64,000 bases of DNA from Candidatus Latescibacterota bacterium (GCA_965248755.1 OZ252149.1:3392001-3456000), one strand, 5' to 3'; counted from the first letter of the stretch, positions 30,498 through 41,110 are shown. Numbers and translations are program-made. Notes: a model not told the origin generated them from the sequence alone.

Positions 30498-31726
30498 TTA
30501 CACTACCCATAAGTCGTGGGTAATCACCTCCTCCGAAGTCAAGATATCCGCTCCATCCTCTGTGATTAGTACTACATCCTCAAGGCCGAACTTCTCTTCA
30601 GCCTTCCAGAACGGGTAGACGCCGTTCAATGTGATAAAGGGTTCAACGGACAACACCATGTTCTCCTGTAACACGGCCGTGCTGGTCGCACTGAGACCCG
30701 GCTGTTCATGCAGGTCCAGTCCGACGCTGTGGCCAATCGCCGACCAGCCAGACTCCAGACACCACTCTGAGAAGGCGCCAAAGCCCGCTGCATCGTTTAC
30801 CGCGAACGCCGCCTGAAGCGGCACATTTAATGGCACACCGGGTTTCATCACTTCAATCGCGGCGAAGAGCCCTCCCTGGCCAGATCGTAGAAGCGCCTCT
30901 CTAGGAGCCGCGGTTCTCCGACGGCAGACATGCGCTTGAAGTCGCACCAGTAGCCCTCGTATGCACAGCCGCCGTCAAACTGCACCAGGTCTCCTGACTG
31001 GATTACATAATCCGTAGGCATTGCCTTCGGCCCACATGGCTCGTGGCCCGGCGTACAAGGCATTGAAACGCTGCTCGCAGGCGCTCTCAGCACACATGAC
31101 TGATGTCATGATATCTATCACTTGCTTCTCTATCATCCCGGGTATGAGGGCTCCAAATCCGGCCTTGACGCCCTTGGCGGTGATATCTGCGGCTCTGCGC
31201 AGGCGCGCGATCTCAGCGGGAGATTTGATGCTGCGCAGCTCCCAGATAGAATCACTTGCATCCACAATCTTGGCATGCTGTAGGACCTGAAGGATGGAAG
31301 TGAAATGGGGTATGCGCCATGTGCACGTGAATATCTGCGCTAAGCTCCATGCCAATGACACCACGGTCAACCCGTCTCTCTTTCAATACGTCCAAGACCA
31401 GGGATACGGCGTTTGACTTCTCGGACATGTTAAAAGGCCTTTTCCCAGGGCCAGTAGCGTACATCCTCGATCCAGCACTGCTTCACCAAGTGATTGAAGC
31501 CGTTGGCGACCAGCAGGATCGGATCACCTGCAGCCTGCAAGATGGTCAGAAAGTAGAAATGATGTGCATCCCAGGCGCCGTCCCGCAGGCCGGCAAAGTA
31601 GCGCAAGTTCTGCCTCTGGGTCAGGAAAAGCGCATCAATGCCATGCTGCCTGAGGGTTTGTTGGGTACGGGCATACCGCGCTGTGTACTCCTCGCGTGGA
31701 AAGTCAGGAAACAGGAGCTTTTTCAT
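30498..31726 (-). pseudogene. Xaa-Pro aminopeptidase (M24) pseudogene with multiple frameshifts
   Basis: Creatinase_N start (FPREEY..R), 'RSIKSPAEI', 'GDLVQFD...YEGYWCD', 'GHSVGLDLHE', 'EP', 'LED' are spread over several frames. Confidence 0.88.
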
Positions 31727-31842
31727 TTCAATGCGGCCTCCGGGAAACATCGGTGCTTGATCTCTGGCTACTTCACGGGGTCTTATCGCCGACCCCCAAT
31801 TGAATCTATTGGGGGTTCAATCGGGGGCCAATGCGACCCGGT

Positions 31843-32724
31843 TCATAGCTCTTTGAAGAAGCCCGCACTCTCCAGAGATTGGCGCAGTTTCGCCGTCTCT
31901 TCTTCGGTGAGTGGGCGATTGGGCGTTCGCGGTTCGCCGCATTCCAGCCCCATCCAGGCCAGAGTCTGCTTGAGGCCGGCGAAGAGATCTATAACCTCCA
32001 CGGCGTTAATCAGTTCGTTGATGCGCGACTGAGTCTTGGTCATAGTCTCCAGATCCTTGGCCTGGAAGGCGTTCCAAAGCTGGACGAAGAGTTGGGGCAT
32101 CATATTGTACGTTGAGCCGATACCTCCGCAGGCGCCGGCCAGAAGTGCAGCCAGCAAAACAGTGTCTTCTCCCTCAAAGATAAGGGTCTCTCTTCCCTGG
32201 GCTGAGAATAGACCCAGTGAATAGATATCGCCGCTGGAGTCCTTCATGCCGACAATGTTCTGCACCTTGAGCAGTCGGTCAAAGAGGTCTTGGGTCATGG
32301 TGATGCCTGTGCGCTGGGGAATGTTGTAGATTAAAAGCGGGACGCCCGACGCCTCGGCTACGGCGGTGTAGTAGAGGACAAGGCCCAGCATGTCTGGCTT
32401 ATAGAAGTAAGCTGGGGGCAAGGCAGCAATGGCGTCGGCGCCGACCTCACTGGCATGCCTGGTCAGAGATAGGGTGTCAGCCGTCTGGAAGGCGCCCACG
32501 TGGGCGATGACACCCGCGTTGCCTTTCACTTCGTCCAGGACAGTTTCGAGAACCGCCCGGCGTTCTTCCTGGGTCAGCAATAGTCCTTCGCCTGTTCCTC
32601 CACAGACGTAAAAGCCATCTACGCCAGCCTTGAGTTGATACTGTACGATCTTGCGCATCGCTTCGGAGTCATAGAGGCCTTTTATATCGAGTGGAGTCAC
32701 GATTGCGGGGTAAATTCCTTTCAA
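31843..32724 (-). CDS. dihydrodipicolinate synthase / N-acetylneuraminate lyase family protein
   Basis: 'GFYVCGGTGEG', 'YNIP', 'GMKDSS'. Confidence 0.9.
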   Translation of the reverse strand: MKGIYPAIVTPLDIKGLYDSEAMRKIVQYQLKAGVDGFYVCGGTGEGLLLTQEERRAVLETVLDEVKGNAGVIAHVGAFQTADTLSLTRHASEVGADAIAALPPAYFYKPDMLGLVLYYTAVAEASGVPLLIYNIPQRTGITMTQDLFDRLLKVQNIVGMKDSSGDIYSLGLFSAQGRETLIFEGEDTVLLAALLAGACGGIGSTYNMMPQLFVQLWNAFQAKDLETMTKTQSRINELINAVEVIDLFAGLKQTLAWMGLECGEPRTPNRPLTEEETAKLRQSLESAGFFKEL

Positions 32725-32832
32725 TTCTCTCAGGGTCCTCTCCTTTCACATAAGAAGAAAAAGTGAATTAAATCGCTTGTCCCCCCCGATTAAATCGGGG
32801 GTTGAATCTATCGGGGAATTGACTTTTGCGGT

Positions 32833-33693
32833 TCAGAATTTAGGGTGATTGAGGGCCAGACCTTGTACGCCCGTGTTGTCCAGACGATGGATGCACAAAT
32901 TGTCGAGCGAGGCGGCCAGCATGATGTCGCGGTTCGGGCCGGCAAAGGCGATGTCGGTCGGCCCGCGCAAGGCCTCGCCCATCCAGTCGTCGACGAACAA
33001 CTGGATCCGCCGGCTCTCCAGATCAAAGACGTAGATCGCATCCGGACGGTGGCAGGCGATCCACAGCCGGCCGTTTGTATCGAACGCTATTCCATCCGGT
33101 ATGTGCCGGGGCATGTGGACCATACGCTCAAAGGCACCGGCCGATCCATCAGGGTAGATGGTGATGCGGGCGATGGCACTGCCGAAGGTCTCCACAAAAT
33201 AGAGGTACAGCTCATCGGCGTCCAGAACGATGGCATTGGGGGTATCCACCGGTTCTGGGTACCAGAGCACTGCCTCGCCGCCGCCGGGTTTGATCTTGTA
33301 GATGTAGCCATTTATTTCACCGGACCAATCGCCGCTGTCGGAGAGGTACATATTACCCTGACGATCGAAGGCGGGGTAGTTGGTGCAGGCAAAGGGACTC
33401 CCATCTGGACCCGTGGCGTAGGTGCTGATCTGGCCCTGGGGGTTAATCTTCAACACCTTGCCAGGCACGCATTCGGCACAGTAGAGGTTGCCGTCTGCAT
33501 CCACGGCCTGACCGAGACAGCGGTTGTAAGTCCGGGCGAACTGCTCGGCTGTGTTGGTCTCCAAATCGACACGATATACCTGGCAGCCTGTTCCGGTGGT
33601 GTAGACTTCGCCTTTGGGGCCGACGGAGATGGACTCCGGATGGTCGACGCCGCTGATGTGGACGATCTTGTGCTTGTCGTAGGGTTCGATCAT
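32833..33693 (-). CDS. SMP-30/gluconolactonase family protein
   Basis: 'HPE', 'NY.AFD..GNMY.SD', 'PNAI', 'PDGIAFD..GRLW'. Confidence 0.88.
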   Translation of the reverse strand: MIEPYDKHKIVHISGVDHPESISVGPKGEVYTTGTGCQVYRVDLETNTAEQFARTYNRCLGQAVDADGNLYCAECVPGKVLKINPQGQISTYATGPDGSPFACTNYPAFDRQGNMYLSDSGDWSGEINGYIYKIKPGGGEAVLWYPEPVDTPNAIVLDADELYLYFVETFGSAIARITIYPDGSAGAFERMVHMPRHIPDGIAFDTNGRLWIACHRPDAIYVFDLESRRIQLFVDDWMGEALRGPTDIAFAGPNRDIMLAASLDNLCIHRLDNTGVQGLALNHPKF

Positions 33694-33695
33694 GG

Positions 33696-34751
33696 TCAGT
33701 TACCTTCCTCAAGCTCGGGGTAGAGGGGTAGGTCGATAGGCTGGCCGCCGGCCTCGGCCGAGCGGTAGGCTGCTTCCATCATCTCCACACAGCGCAGCCC
33801 CTCAACCCAGGTCAGGCAAGGTGGACGGTCCTCCTGCACCCAGCGCACGAAGTCGCTAGTCTCCAGCCGGTAGGCGTGGTCGAAGCCCAGATCAGCAAAG
33901 CGCTCGTGATTGACCTCTTCTTCGTCCAGACGCTGCCAGTAGAGATCGATACAGTCCAGGCGGGGCACCATCTTGAAGCCGCCGTGCCGACATTCGGCCC
34001 AGGGGCCCTGAGATTCGCGGAACTTGTGCAACGGATAGGAGAGCCCGCCGTTGATGGTGGCCAGGGCTCCGGACTCGAACCGAAACGTGGCGTGTAGGAT
34101 GTCCGGGAATCTGTATCGTTCGTCGTGTTGCGGCCCGTACATGGCCGTCACCCTGACGGCATCCCCGCACATCGCGCGGAACCAGTCGATAACGTGCACG
34201 CCGTGCATGTGAAAGAAACCGCCTGAGAGTTGGGGATTGCCCCACCACGTGTCAAAGAAATCGTACGGACGGTTATCAACGTACTCCGTGACCGTAACAG
34301 CCAGGACGTCGCCCAGCAAAGCCTCGTTGGTCAGATCGATCATGCGAGCCCAGGGTGGACGCAGCCGGCGTTTGTGGCCGATCATCAGCTTGACGTTGTT
34401 CTCCTTTATGGCCCGGACCATCTCCCAGCACTCGGAAACTGTGCGGGCCATGGCCTTCTCACAGAACACGTGCAGACCCGCTCGGGCTGCAGCGACGGTG
34501 ACTGCTGCATGCGCGACGTTGGAAGTGGTGACCGCTACGGCGTCCAACTCGCCTTTTGCGAACATTTCCTGGCAATCAGTAAAGTGCGGCACATCCAGAT
34601 GCAGCGCTTTGGCCGTCTCCGCGATGCCGGATCTATTCACATCGCACAGCGCGGTGATGTCGGCCGCCTCCAGGAAATAGTTAGCAAGATACTTGCCGAA
34701 ATCACCGCATCCAATAAGTCCCAGACGGAGTTTCTGACTCATGGACAGCAT
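33696..34751 (-). CDS. Gfo/Idh/MocA family oxidoreductase
   Basis: GLIGCGDFG, 'HVFCEK', 'HGVHVID'. Confidence 0.9.
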   Translation of the reverse strand: MLSMSQKLRLGLIGCGDFGKYLANYFLEAADITALCDVNRSGIAETAKALHLDVPHFTDCQEMFAKGELDAVAVTTSNVAHAAVTVAAARAGLHVFCEKAMARTVSECWEMVRAIKENNVKLMIGHKRRLRPPWARMIDLTNEALLGDVLAVTVTEYVDNRPYDFFDTWWGNPQLSGGFFHMHGVHVIDWFRAMCGDAVRVTAMYGPQHDERYRFPDILHATFRFESGALATINGGLSYPLHKFRESQGPWAECRHGGFKMVPRLDCIDLYWQRLDEEEVNHERFADLGFDHAYRLETSDFVRWVQEDRPPCLTWVEGLRCVEMMEAAYRSAEAGGQPIDLPLYPELEEGN

Positions 34752-35040
34752 CCTTTCGCGTGTTCTACTGCAGCAGCACTCTGTCTGGGCTCACATCAAG
34801 GTGTCAGTTCTGGCCCTAGATTTACACTTCATGGATTTACTCTTTAACAAGGTGATCCTTTGATCATAATACTACCGCAGACTAAATCCTTTGTCGTACT
34901 CACATAAGAATGTAGCTGATACGGTTAGCACAAGGGCAGTGCAATGAGTGAATAAACCAAAATATAGGAATTTCAGATGAATCTTACAGTTGATGATGGG
35001 AATCACCTGCACGTCAGGTTCATTGATCTGTTAGGAAACT

Positions 35041-35799
35041 TTACACATCTAAGATGAATCGCGCTGAGTCGCTCAAGCGCTCGTACGTCTGTGGAAGAAT
35101 ATATTTCCTTTGATCGGTCTGTTGAGGCTGGTTCCGGCGGCAAAAATAGGCGTGCATGGCGCGACGAGGCGCATCACTTTCATTTTGTGCTCCGCCGTGC
35201 CAGGTGTGTGAATTAAAGATTACAACAGTACCTGCTGGCGCAATCAATTGGATCTCATCCGGATGAGTGTTCATCGGATCGTCCATTGCATCAATCGGTA
35301 GTTTGCCGCTGCGGTGTGATCCTGGTACTATGCGAGTTGCTCCATTGTCCGAGTTGAAATCATCCAGTAGCCAGATCGAATTGCATACATAATAATCACC
35401 AGGAGATGCGGCCTTCTTCCCATCGACATGCAGTGTCTGCCTGCCATATCCAGGCACTGCAAAACGACTATTTAATGACGAAAGTTTAAAGTGTGTTCCC
35501 AAGACATGTGCGATTGCGGCAAGTACTTGTGAATGAGTAAAGCTTATGTCGAACATCGGATCCTTGTTCACCAGATCGCTCAGCCTGACCGTTCCGGTTT
35601 CTTGTTGAACTTCTTTGCCCGCCTCGTCTCCTTCGAGTTCTGCTAATTCGTCCAGACGCAAAGCGATTGCCTTAACTTGCTCCTCGGTAAGAATTCCTGA
35701 AAGGGGTAGATAACCGTTTTCGTCCAGGAAGGATTTCTGCTCGAAAGATAATTTATCTTCGCTGACACCTAATTCGTAAAGTGCTTCTTCCATGTTCAT
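35041..35799 (-). CDS. phytanoyl-CoA dioxygenase family protein
   Basis: HxD (LHVD), 'NGAT..VPGSH', 'WHGG..N', 'RRA'. Confidence 0.9.
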   Translation of the reverse strand: MNMEEALYELGVSEDKLSFEQKSFLDENGYLPLSGILTEEQVKAIALRLDELAELEGDEAGKEVQQETGTVRLSDLVNKDPMFDISFTHSQVLAAIAHVLGTHFKLSSLNSRFAVPGYGRQTLHVDGKKAASPGDYYVCNSIWLLDDFNSDNGATRIVPGSHRSGKLPIDAMDDPMNTHPDEIQLIAPAGTVVIFNSHTWHGGAQNESDAPRRAMHAYFCRRNQPQQTDQRKYILPQTYERLSDSARFILDV

Positions 35800-36695
35800 T
35801 ATTATGACTCCCGTGCAATTTCATCAGCGGTAATTGATACTTATAGCTGAAGTCCAATTGCAGAATCCGATTTCAATTTAAATATAGTTCTTTGCCCTCT
35901 AAAAGGCAATCACATTATCAGACTCGACGGCTATCCAGTTCTCTTCAGAAACATCGTTAGAGCAGAAGTGAAGTGACGCATCGAGACCAGGCAGGACACC
36001 TGATTATCCCAATTGTCTTGATTTCAATACAATTACCAACAGTACCTTGACAAGCTCTGAATGGCGTTCAACGCAACTCAACGCAACCCCAGACTGAGAA
36101 CTTAATATAGGATCATAATAATCTGGACAGATTACCAGATTGCTTCGCTTCCCCGACCCCCAATTGAATCTATTGGGGCTTCAATCGGGGACTCGGAATG
36201 ACGCTTGATCTGTATCTTTCAACTACTTGGCTTGGATCCTGGGTCATTGCTAGAGGCGTTGGCCCCGAAGCAATTTCACATATCTTCCGACTTAACATAT
36301 CCGACAACTCTTGTCAAGCTACTCAAATGATCCTGTATCTTCCCTGATTCCTATTGACATCGTCTATCTTCTTTTGTATTTTCTCTCACATTAGATCTGC
36401 GCACGGGATCCTATTTGCCATAAGTAATGACAACGGACGAGGGTCTTTGTGGAGAACACATCGCTGTGGATGAGCAATCGTAATTTTAGACGTCATTTCT
36501 GGAGACCAAACTTTAGGAGCCATGGGTACCCGTGAGCTGGAAGGTGGAGATTCAACTTTAGCTATCAGAAGCAGAGCCAGATCGACGGCGTGTGGTAGGA
36601 GTGGGGAGAAGGGCCCAAGCGCCCAGGCCGAGTAAGATCATGCCCCTTTACTACGAACGCGGATACGAAGTGAACTACGTTACCGTCCCGACGAA

Positions 36696-37565
36696 GTGAA
36701 CGTCCAGGTACACGGAAACGGAGGTAAAGCCGTGCGAATTGATCCCATCGAAATGAGCATTCAAAGCATAGACCGTAACGAGCAAAGATCCTTCCCCATC
36801 GGCTCTGTCTCTGGGGCAAGATTTGCCTCCCGTGACGTCGCGGGCATGCGCAAACGACTGGACGAAACCCTCGAACAGGACGGAGAATTTACCGGTGCGA
36901 CCCGAACCAACCCATCCATTTTCCACATTGGGCGCTACCTTCTGACTCAGAGTTCAAAATTCGAAGTGCAGGGACCGCTGACCGGCGGTGAGGCAGAGGC
37001 AGTCGCTATCCGAGCAGGTGACGAGGTGTTTATCTCAGTCGGTAGCGATCAATGTGATCGTGAACTTGGCTCTCTGTTCCCCGACAAGCCCAAGCAGATG
37101 TGCCCTCACCCCATTGCTTCGATTGCCTGGCCGTACAGGGAGGTACGCGATCACTGGGACAGCCTTCGGATCTACAGCCACGTGGTGGCTGGCGGACACA
37201 CCGTACCGATCCAGGACAGTGCGCTGTCCGAGTTAGTCGATCTCGAATATCTGCTGGCGATGGATGCGGTCAGGACGCTGGCCGATCCGATGATTCTGTA
37301 TTGCGGGGCCGCGCCCTCACTGGAATCTGCTGCCCAAGCGGTAAAGCAGTATGGCTTGCCGGAGGAAACGGCTAAGGGAGTTGGTGAGGAATTCTTCGTC
37401 CGGTTGCATGACCCCGTACTCGATCGCATGATCGAACATCGATACAGCGCCATACCTCTCGATGATGACCTGGCCGAGCGACGTGACCTTCCTGGCGTTT
37501 CCAAAGACAGAAATGGCCCGATAAAACCGGTCGGAGATAACGATTTCTTGCAGAGAGAGGAGTGA
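36696..37565 (+). CDS. DUF2848 family protein (FAH-like fold)
   Basis: 'TGGEAE', 'VGSDQCDR.L', 'KQMCP.P', 'W.Y.EV.DHWD'. Confidence 0.75.
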   Translation: MNVQVHGNGGKAVRIDPIEMSIQSIDRNEQRSFPIGSVSGARFASRDVAGMRKRLDETLEQDGEFTGATRTNPSIFHIGRYLLTQSSKFEVQGPLTGGEAEAVAIRAGDEVFISVGSDQCDRELGSLFPDKPKQMCPHPIASIAWPYREVRDHWDSLRIYSHVVAGGHTVPIQDSALSELVDLEYLLAMDAVRTLADPMILYCGAAPSLESAAQAVKQYGLPEETAKGVGEEFFVRLHDPVLDRMIEHRYSAIPLDDDLAERRDLPGVSKDRNGPIKPVGDNDFLQREE

Positions 37566-37569
37566 ACAA

Positions 37570-38841
37570 ATGGAACACAAAGACACGACAGATTCACCGA
37601 GCTTGTATGTGGCGCTTAGCCACGCCCCTCTGCGTGCCGCTGGAAATGATGTCGATCTCTCAATTTACCGGAGCGCCGGTGAGCTCAGCTATGGTAAGTT
37701 TAAGTACAAGGCTCCCGCCGAGGGTTTTGTTCAAGTTGGTCTCCCTCACTGGACAGAGACCGAATGGACCGACGACTTCGAGATTGCCTACACAAAAGTG
37801 GGGGACAAAGGCCCACTCGTGCTCTTCCTGCACGGTGTCCCCACCAACAGGGCACAATGGGAGGAGATCCAGAGACACGTGGGCAGATTCTGCGAAACCA
37901 TCGCCATCGACATGCTTGGAATGGGTGAGAGCACCCAACCTCGTCAGTACGGCAAGAAAACGGACAAGCGCGACAACGATCTGTGGTACTGGAAACACGA
38001 CGTAGAATATATCGAAAAGCTCATGCAACAAGAGTACCCTGGTCGCAAGTTTATCTTCGTCGCTGATGATTGGGGAAGTGGTATCAACTCTCAGTATGCG
38101 GCCAAGCACAACGACCGTCTGGAGGCTTTCGTTCAGCTGGATGCCATCGCGTTCGATGGATACCCGGTCAATGAGATCCAGGCCATTGGGCGCGCTTCAC
38201 AGATCCCGAACACACCGGAAGGCGACGAGATGTTTGCTGCGGCATTCGGTGCGTTCGATCAGACTCTCGTGCAGATCTACAAGACGATGGTTTATGATCC
38301 CACAGTCTACAACCAATACAACCTGCGATGGATCACATTCCCCTATGTGGACGTGGATTATGAAAGGAACCGCGCTGGTGATGGAGTCACGGATGTTGCG
38401 AAATCCACTACTCTCAGATTGAAGATGCACAACATCCGCGTGCTTGCCGATCGTGCTGCAATCCTCAGCCCAGCTCTACTTTTTCCCTATGACGCTGAAA
38501 AGAACCCAGAGGGTGTCAAATACGATAATATTACTGTACCTACACTCATTATGTGGGGAGAGTATGATAATATGATGCCTGCAGCTCAAACCCAACGATT
38601 TGCCAACGTTCTCGGTACAGACGACGTTCAATTAACGTTAGTGCCCCGTGCTGGCCATTTCGCCGGAACCGATCAACCCAAGTTCGTTGCAGATACCATC
38701 GTTAACTTTATCCGCCGTGTAGAGGGCCGCCAGGCCATGGTTGATATCAATCTTGGTAACGAAGGTATCTGGAAGGGAGATGAACGCCTCATGATGGAGG
38801 ATCTCCGAGAACTTTATGGGATTAAGGCTGAATCCCAATAA
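37570..38841 (+). CDS. alpha/beta fold hydrolase
   Basis: 'LFLHGVP', 'DMLGMGES', 'DDWG', 'WGEYD', 'AGHF'. Confidence 0.88.
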   Translation: MEHKDTTDSPSLYVALSHAPLRAAGNDVDLSIYRSAGELSYGKFKYKAPAEGFVQVGLPHWTETEWTDDFEIAYTKVGDKGPLVLFLHGVPTNRAQWEEIQRHVGRFCETIAIDMLGMGESTQPRQYGKKTDKRDNDLWYWKHDVEYIEKLMQQEYPGRKFIFVADDWGSGINSQYAAKHNDRLEAFVQLDAIAFDGYPVNEIQAIGRASQIPNTPEGDEMFAAAFGAFDQTLVQIYKTMVYDPTVYNQYNLRWITFPYVDVDYERNRAGDGVTDVAKSTTLRLKMHNIRVLADRAAILSPALLFPYDAEKNPEGVKYDNITVPTLIMWGEYDNMMPAAQTQRFANVLGTDDVQLTLVPRAGHFAGTDQPKFVADTIVNFIRRVEGRQAMVDINLGNEGIWKGDERLMMEDLRELYGIKAESQ

Positions 38842-39494
38842 TAAAGCTCATTGCAGCGGATAGTGGAGCCGATGGCGGGGACGAAAACAGGTTATGAAAG
38901 GACCGTTCGCCCCAGGGATCCTACGTGTGGTGAGACTGGTCATTCAGTAAACCATTCGATTGACTCGCGCATGGTCATGCCGCTAAATGCGTACATGATT
39001 TTGGCAGCTCATACCAAAAGGAATGGTTTTGGCACAGCGCAAGTTTGCCAGCCCGGCAGGTTAGAACGTGGAACTTGTACACTTTCCTTCTATCCCAAAT
39101 TTCCAGCGCTTCATAGTAAACCGTTAACTCGCTCTGTCCATCTGTGTTCTTCTCTTTCATAGTTGGTCTACTCCTTTCACCCGACCCTCAGGCGGTGACA
39201 GAACAAATCTACTCGGCAATAGCAGGCGAGGATTACGTCTTCCATATTGAGGAGCTTATCCCACCGTAATACTCTATGACCAGGTGAAGCAATTGAGACT
39301 GTTTTGAGTGAGCAAGTAGGGTCCAGACTGGGATTTTAAAGGCCCCAGGCAAAGCGTGGGGCCTCTTTACTATCCTACGGAAGCTGTGGACAACTATGCT
39401 AATGTGGTGGCCTTCAGGGGGCAGTGAAAGGGCGTGGATGATTTTCTGTGTGTTCCCTGGGGACGGGGAGAAGCCATATCTGATACTATTACTT

Positions 39495-40235
39495 TTACTC
39501 GCCGCAGGGATTGCAAGGATCCATATGTTCGCTGCAAGGGTCGCACGGATCCTTCTTTTTATTACAGGGGGCGCAAGGGTCCATGTGTTTGTCGCAAGGA
39601 GCAGCATCAGTGGCGAACACGTCGATGTCCACTTTGATGTTTTCATCTAACTTGAGGATTACCATCGTGGGAACTTTGATGTTATAGTCTGAAAGCTTTA
39701 TGATGAAAGAACCCTCGACTCGCATTAAATTCCCGGGGAGCTTTGCGCGCGTCGCTTCGCTCTCCTTGAAGTAGGTGACCTTTAAGTCCATCTGCTCTTT
39801 ACGCTTGACACCGTGGAGGTCAAATGTCCCCTCAGCTACAAGATCTATTGTCTCCCGATCCGCCAGAGCGTCCTTAGAGGATGAGATGATCTTGTCAAAT
39901 GTAAATACAGCCTTGGGAAATTTTTCTGTCTCAAGGTATTTATCCCGCATATGCTCGTCTCTCAGGTCTATTCCTGTCTTCATGCTTGCTAAATTGACCT
40001 CAAACTTGGCGGAAGTCCCATCCTTGATGTTGGTCGGATCGACTCTAATATCCCCCGTGATCTGATTGGTAATCCCGAGGATGGTCTCCAAAGGAGCGTG
40101 GGATTCGAATCTCATCACGTTCCGCCCTACCTTGTCCTGAGCGTAGAACGTGGTGGTACCAGCCAGAACTACTGAGGATAATATCAAATGTAGGACTGCG
40201 CTGAAGACGAGAGTCCTAAAGATAATTTTTCTCAT
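39495..40235 (-). CDS. YceI family protein with Cys/Pro-rich C-terminal tail
   Basis: Signal peptide; 'TGIDLRDEHM', 'KFPKA.F', 'LHGVKR'; tail CDKHMDPCAPCNKKKDPCDPCSEHMDPCNPCGE. Confidence 0.85.
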   Translation of the reverse strand: MRKIIFRTLVFSAVLHLILSSVVLAGTTTFYAQDKVGRNVMRFESHAPLETILGITNQITGDIRVDPTNIKDGTSAKFEVNLASMKTGIDLRDEHMRDKYLETEKFPKAVFTFDKIISSSKDALADRETIDLVAEGTFDLHGVKRKEQMDLKVTYFKESEATRAKLPGNLMRVEGSFIIKLSDYNIKVPTMVILKLDENIKVDIDVFATDAAPCDKHMDPCAPCNKKKDPCDPCSEHMDPCNPCGE

Positions 40236-40423
40236 ATTTACCTCCTTAAGAGAGTTAATGGTTTTTTACCTATCTTCTTATGGAATCAATATCTGTGGAC
40301 AAGAGAGAAAGACCGCCATTTCTAACGGGTTGTGTATTCGATGATCTGTGAATTTTTGAGAAAAGGGCTAAGGAGTCTATTTCATTGTGGCTTCCAAAAG
40401 GAACATGGTAATGGATCACTGTA

Positions 40424-40807
40424 TCAGAGTTTATCTTGTAACCCGTTTTCTTCCGTTTTTGCAAGAGATTTTATAATTTCTTCTTTCAGTTCAGTCAGGT
40501 TTGAGGATTTAACGATATAGGCGTCGGCCGACCAGCTCATAAAATTGTCCTTGTAGTTGGCATGGGCCGTATTGAGTATTACCGGTATTTTGTTATCCCG
40601 CGCGAGTATCCTCTCCATTGCTTCTATACCGTCTATTCGGGGCATAACTATGTCCAGGACCACAAGGTCTGGGCGGCTTTCCTGCACCTTATCTAGGGCT
40701 TCCTGTCCGCCTGATGCGAGGACTACGTTGTAGCCGTTATCTGTGAGCTCCTGTTCGTAGAGGAGCTTCTGATTTAGGTCGTCATCCACCACTAATATAG
40801 TCTTCAC
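40424..40807 (-). CDS. single-domain response regulator
   Basis: 'ILVVDD', 'DIVMP', 'NTAH', 'YIVKS'. Confidence 0.9.
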   Translation of the reverse strand: MKTILVVDDDLNQKLLYEQELTDNGYNVVLASGGQEALDKVQESRPDLVVLDIVMPRIDGIEAMERILARDNKIPVILNTAHANYKDNFMSWSADAYIVKSSNLTELKEEIIKSLAKTEENGLQDKL

Positions 40808-41094
40808 TCTTAATCACCTCCTTCGGGTTGATCCCCGAAAGAATCCATCGGGGACTGATACCGCGATTCGGGGTTGATTGCGGGGAGAAGGATAGTCAGA
40901 GTCATCCTGATCTCCTCTGTGCAGAGGACATCTATCTTCTCCCCGTGATCATTTGTTTCCAAATTCTGTATTCTTTTGATCTTTTCGAAATCTGAGCATA
41001 CACCACCTTTTGTCATTTTCTCTATCTCGTAAAGTTCTTGTTCAGGTTCGGTTTGAATCCGTCTGTTATAATTTCCATCTGTGATGATGTTAAC

Positions 41095-41110
41095 TGCAAA
41101 TAGGGTGCCA
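41095..41110 (-). promoter_or_regulatory. sigma-54 (-24/-12) promoter
   Basis: Minus strand reads TGGCACCCTATTTGCA (GG-N10-GC). Confidence 0.75.

Larger units (their letters stand above)
4022..36276. repeat. dispersed GTCATTGCGAG...GAAGCAATCT repeat family
   Basis: Copies at 4022, 10831, 10884, 11614, 11668, 36137, 36243, mostly in inverted pairs. Confidence 0.8.

Noticed and set aside
32845..33723. Long + strand ORF (and similar ORFs at 23654-24349 and 34230-34847)
   Set aside because: Antisense to clearly recognisable genes in GC-rich DNA.
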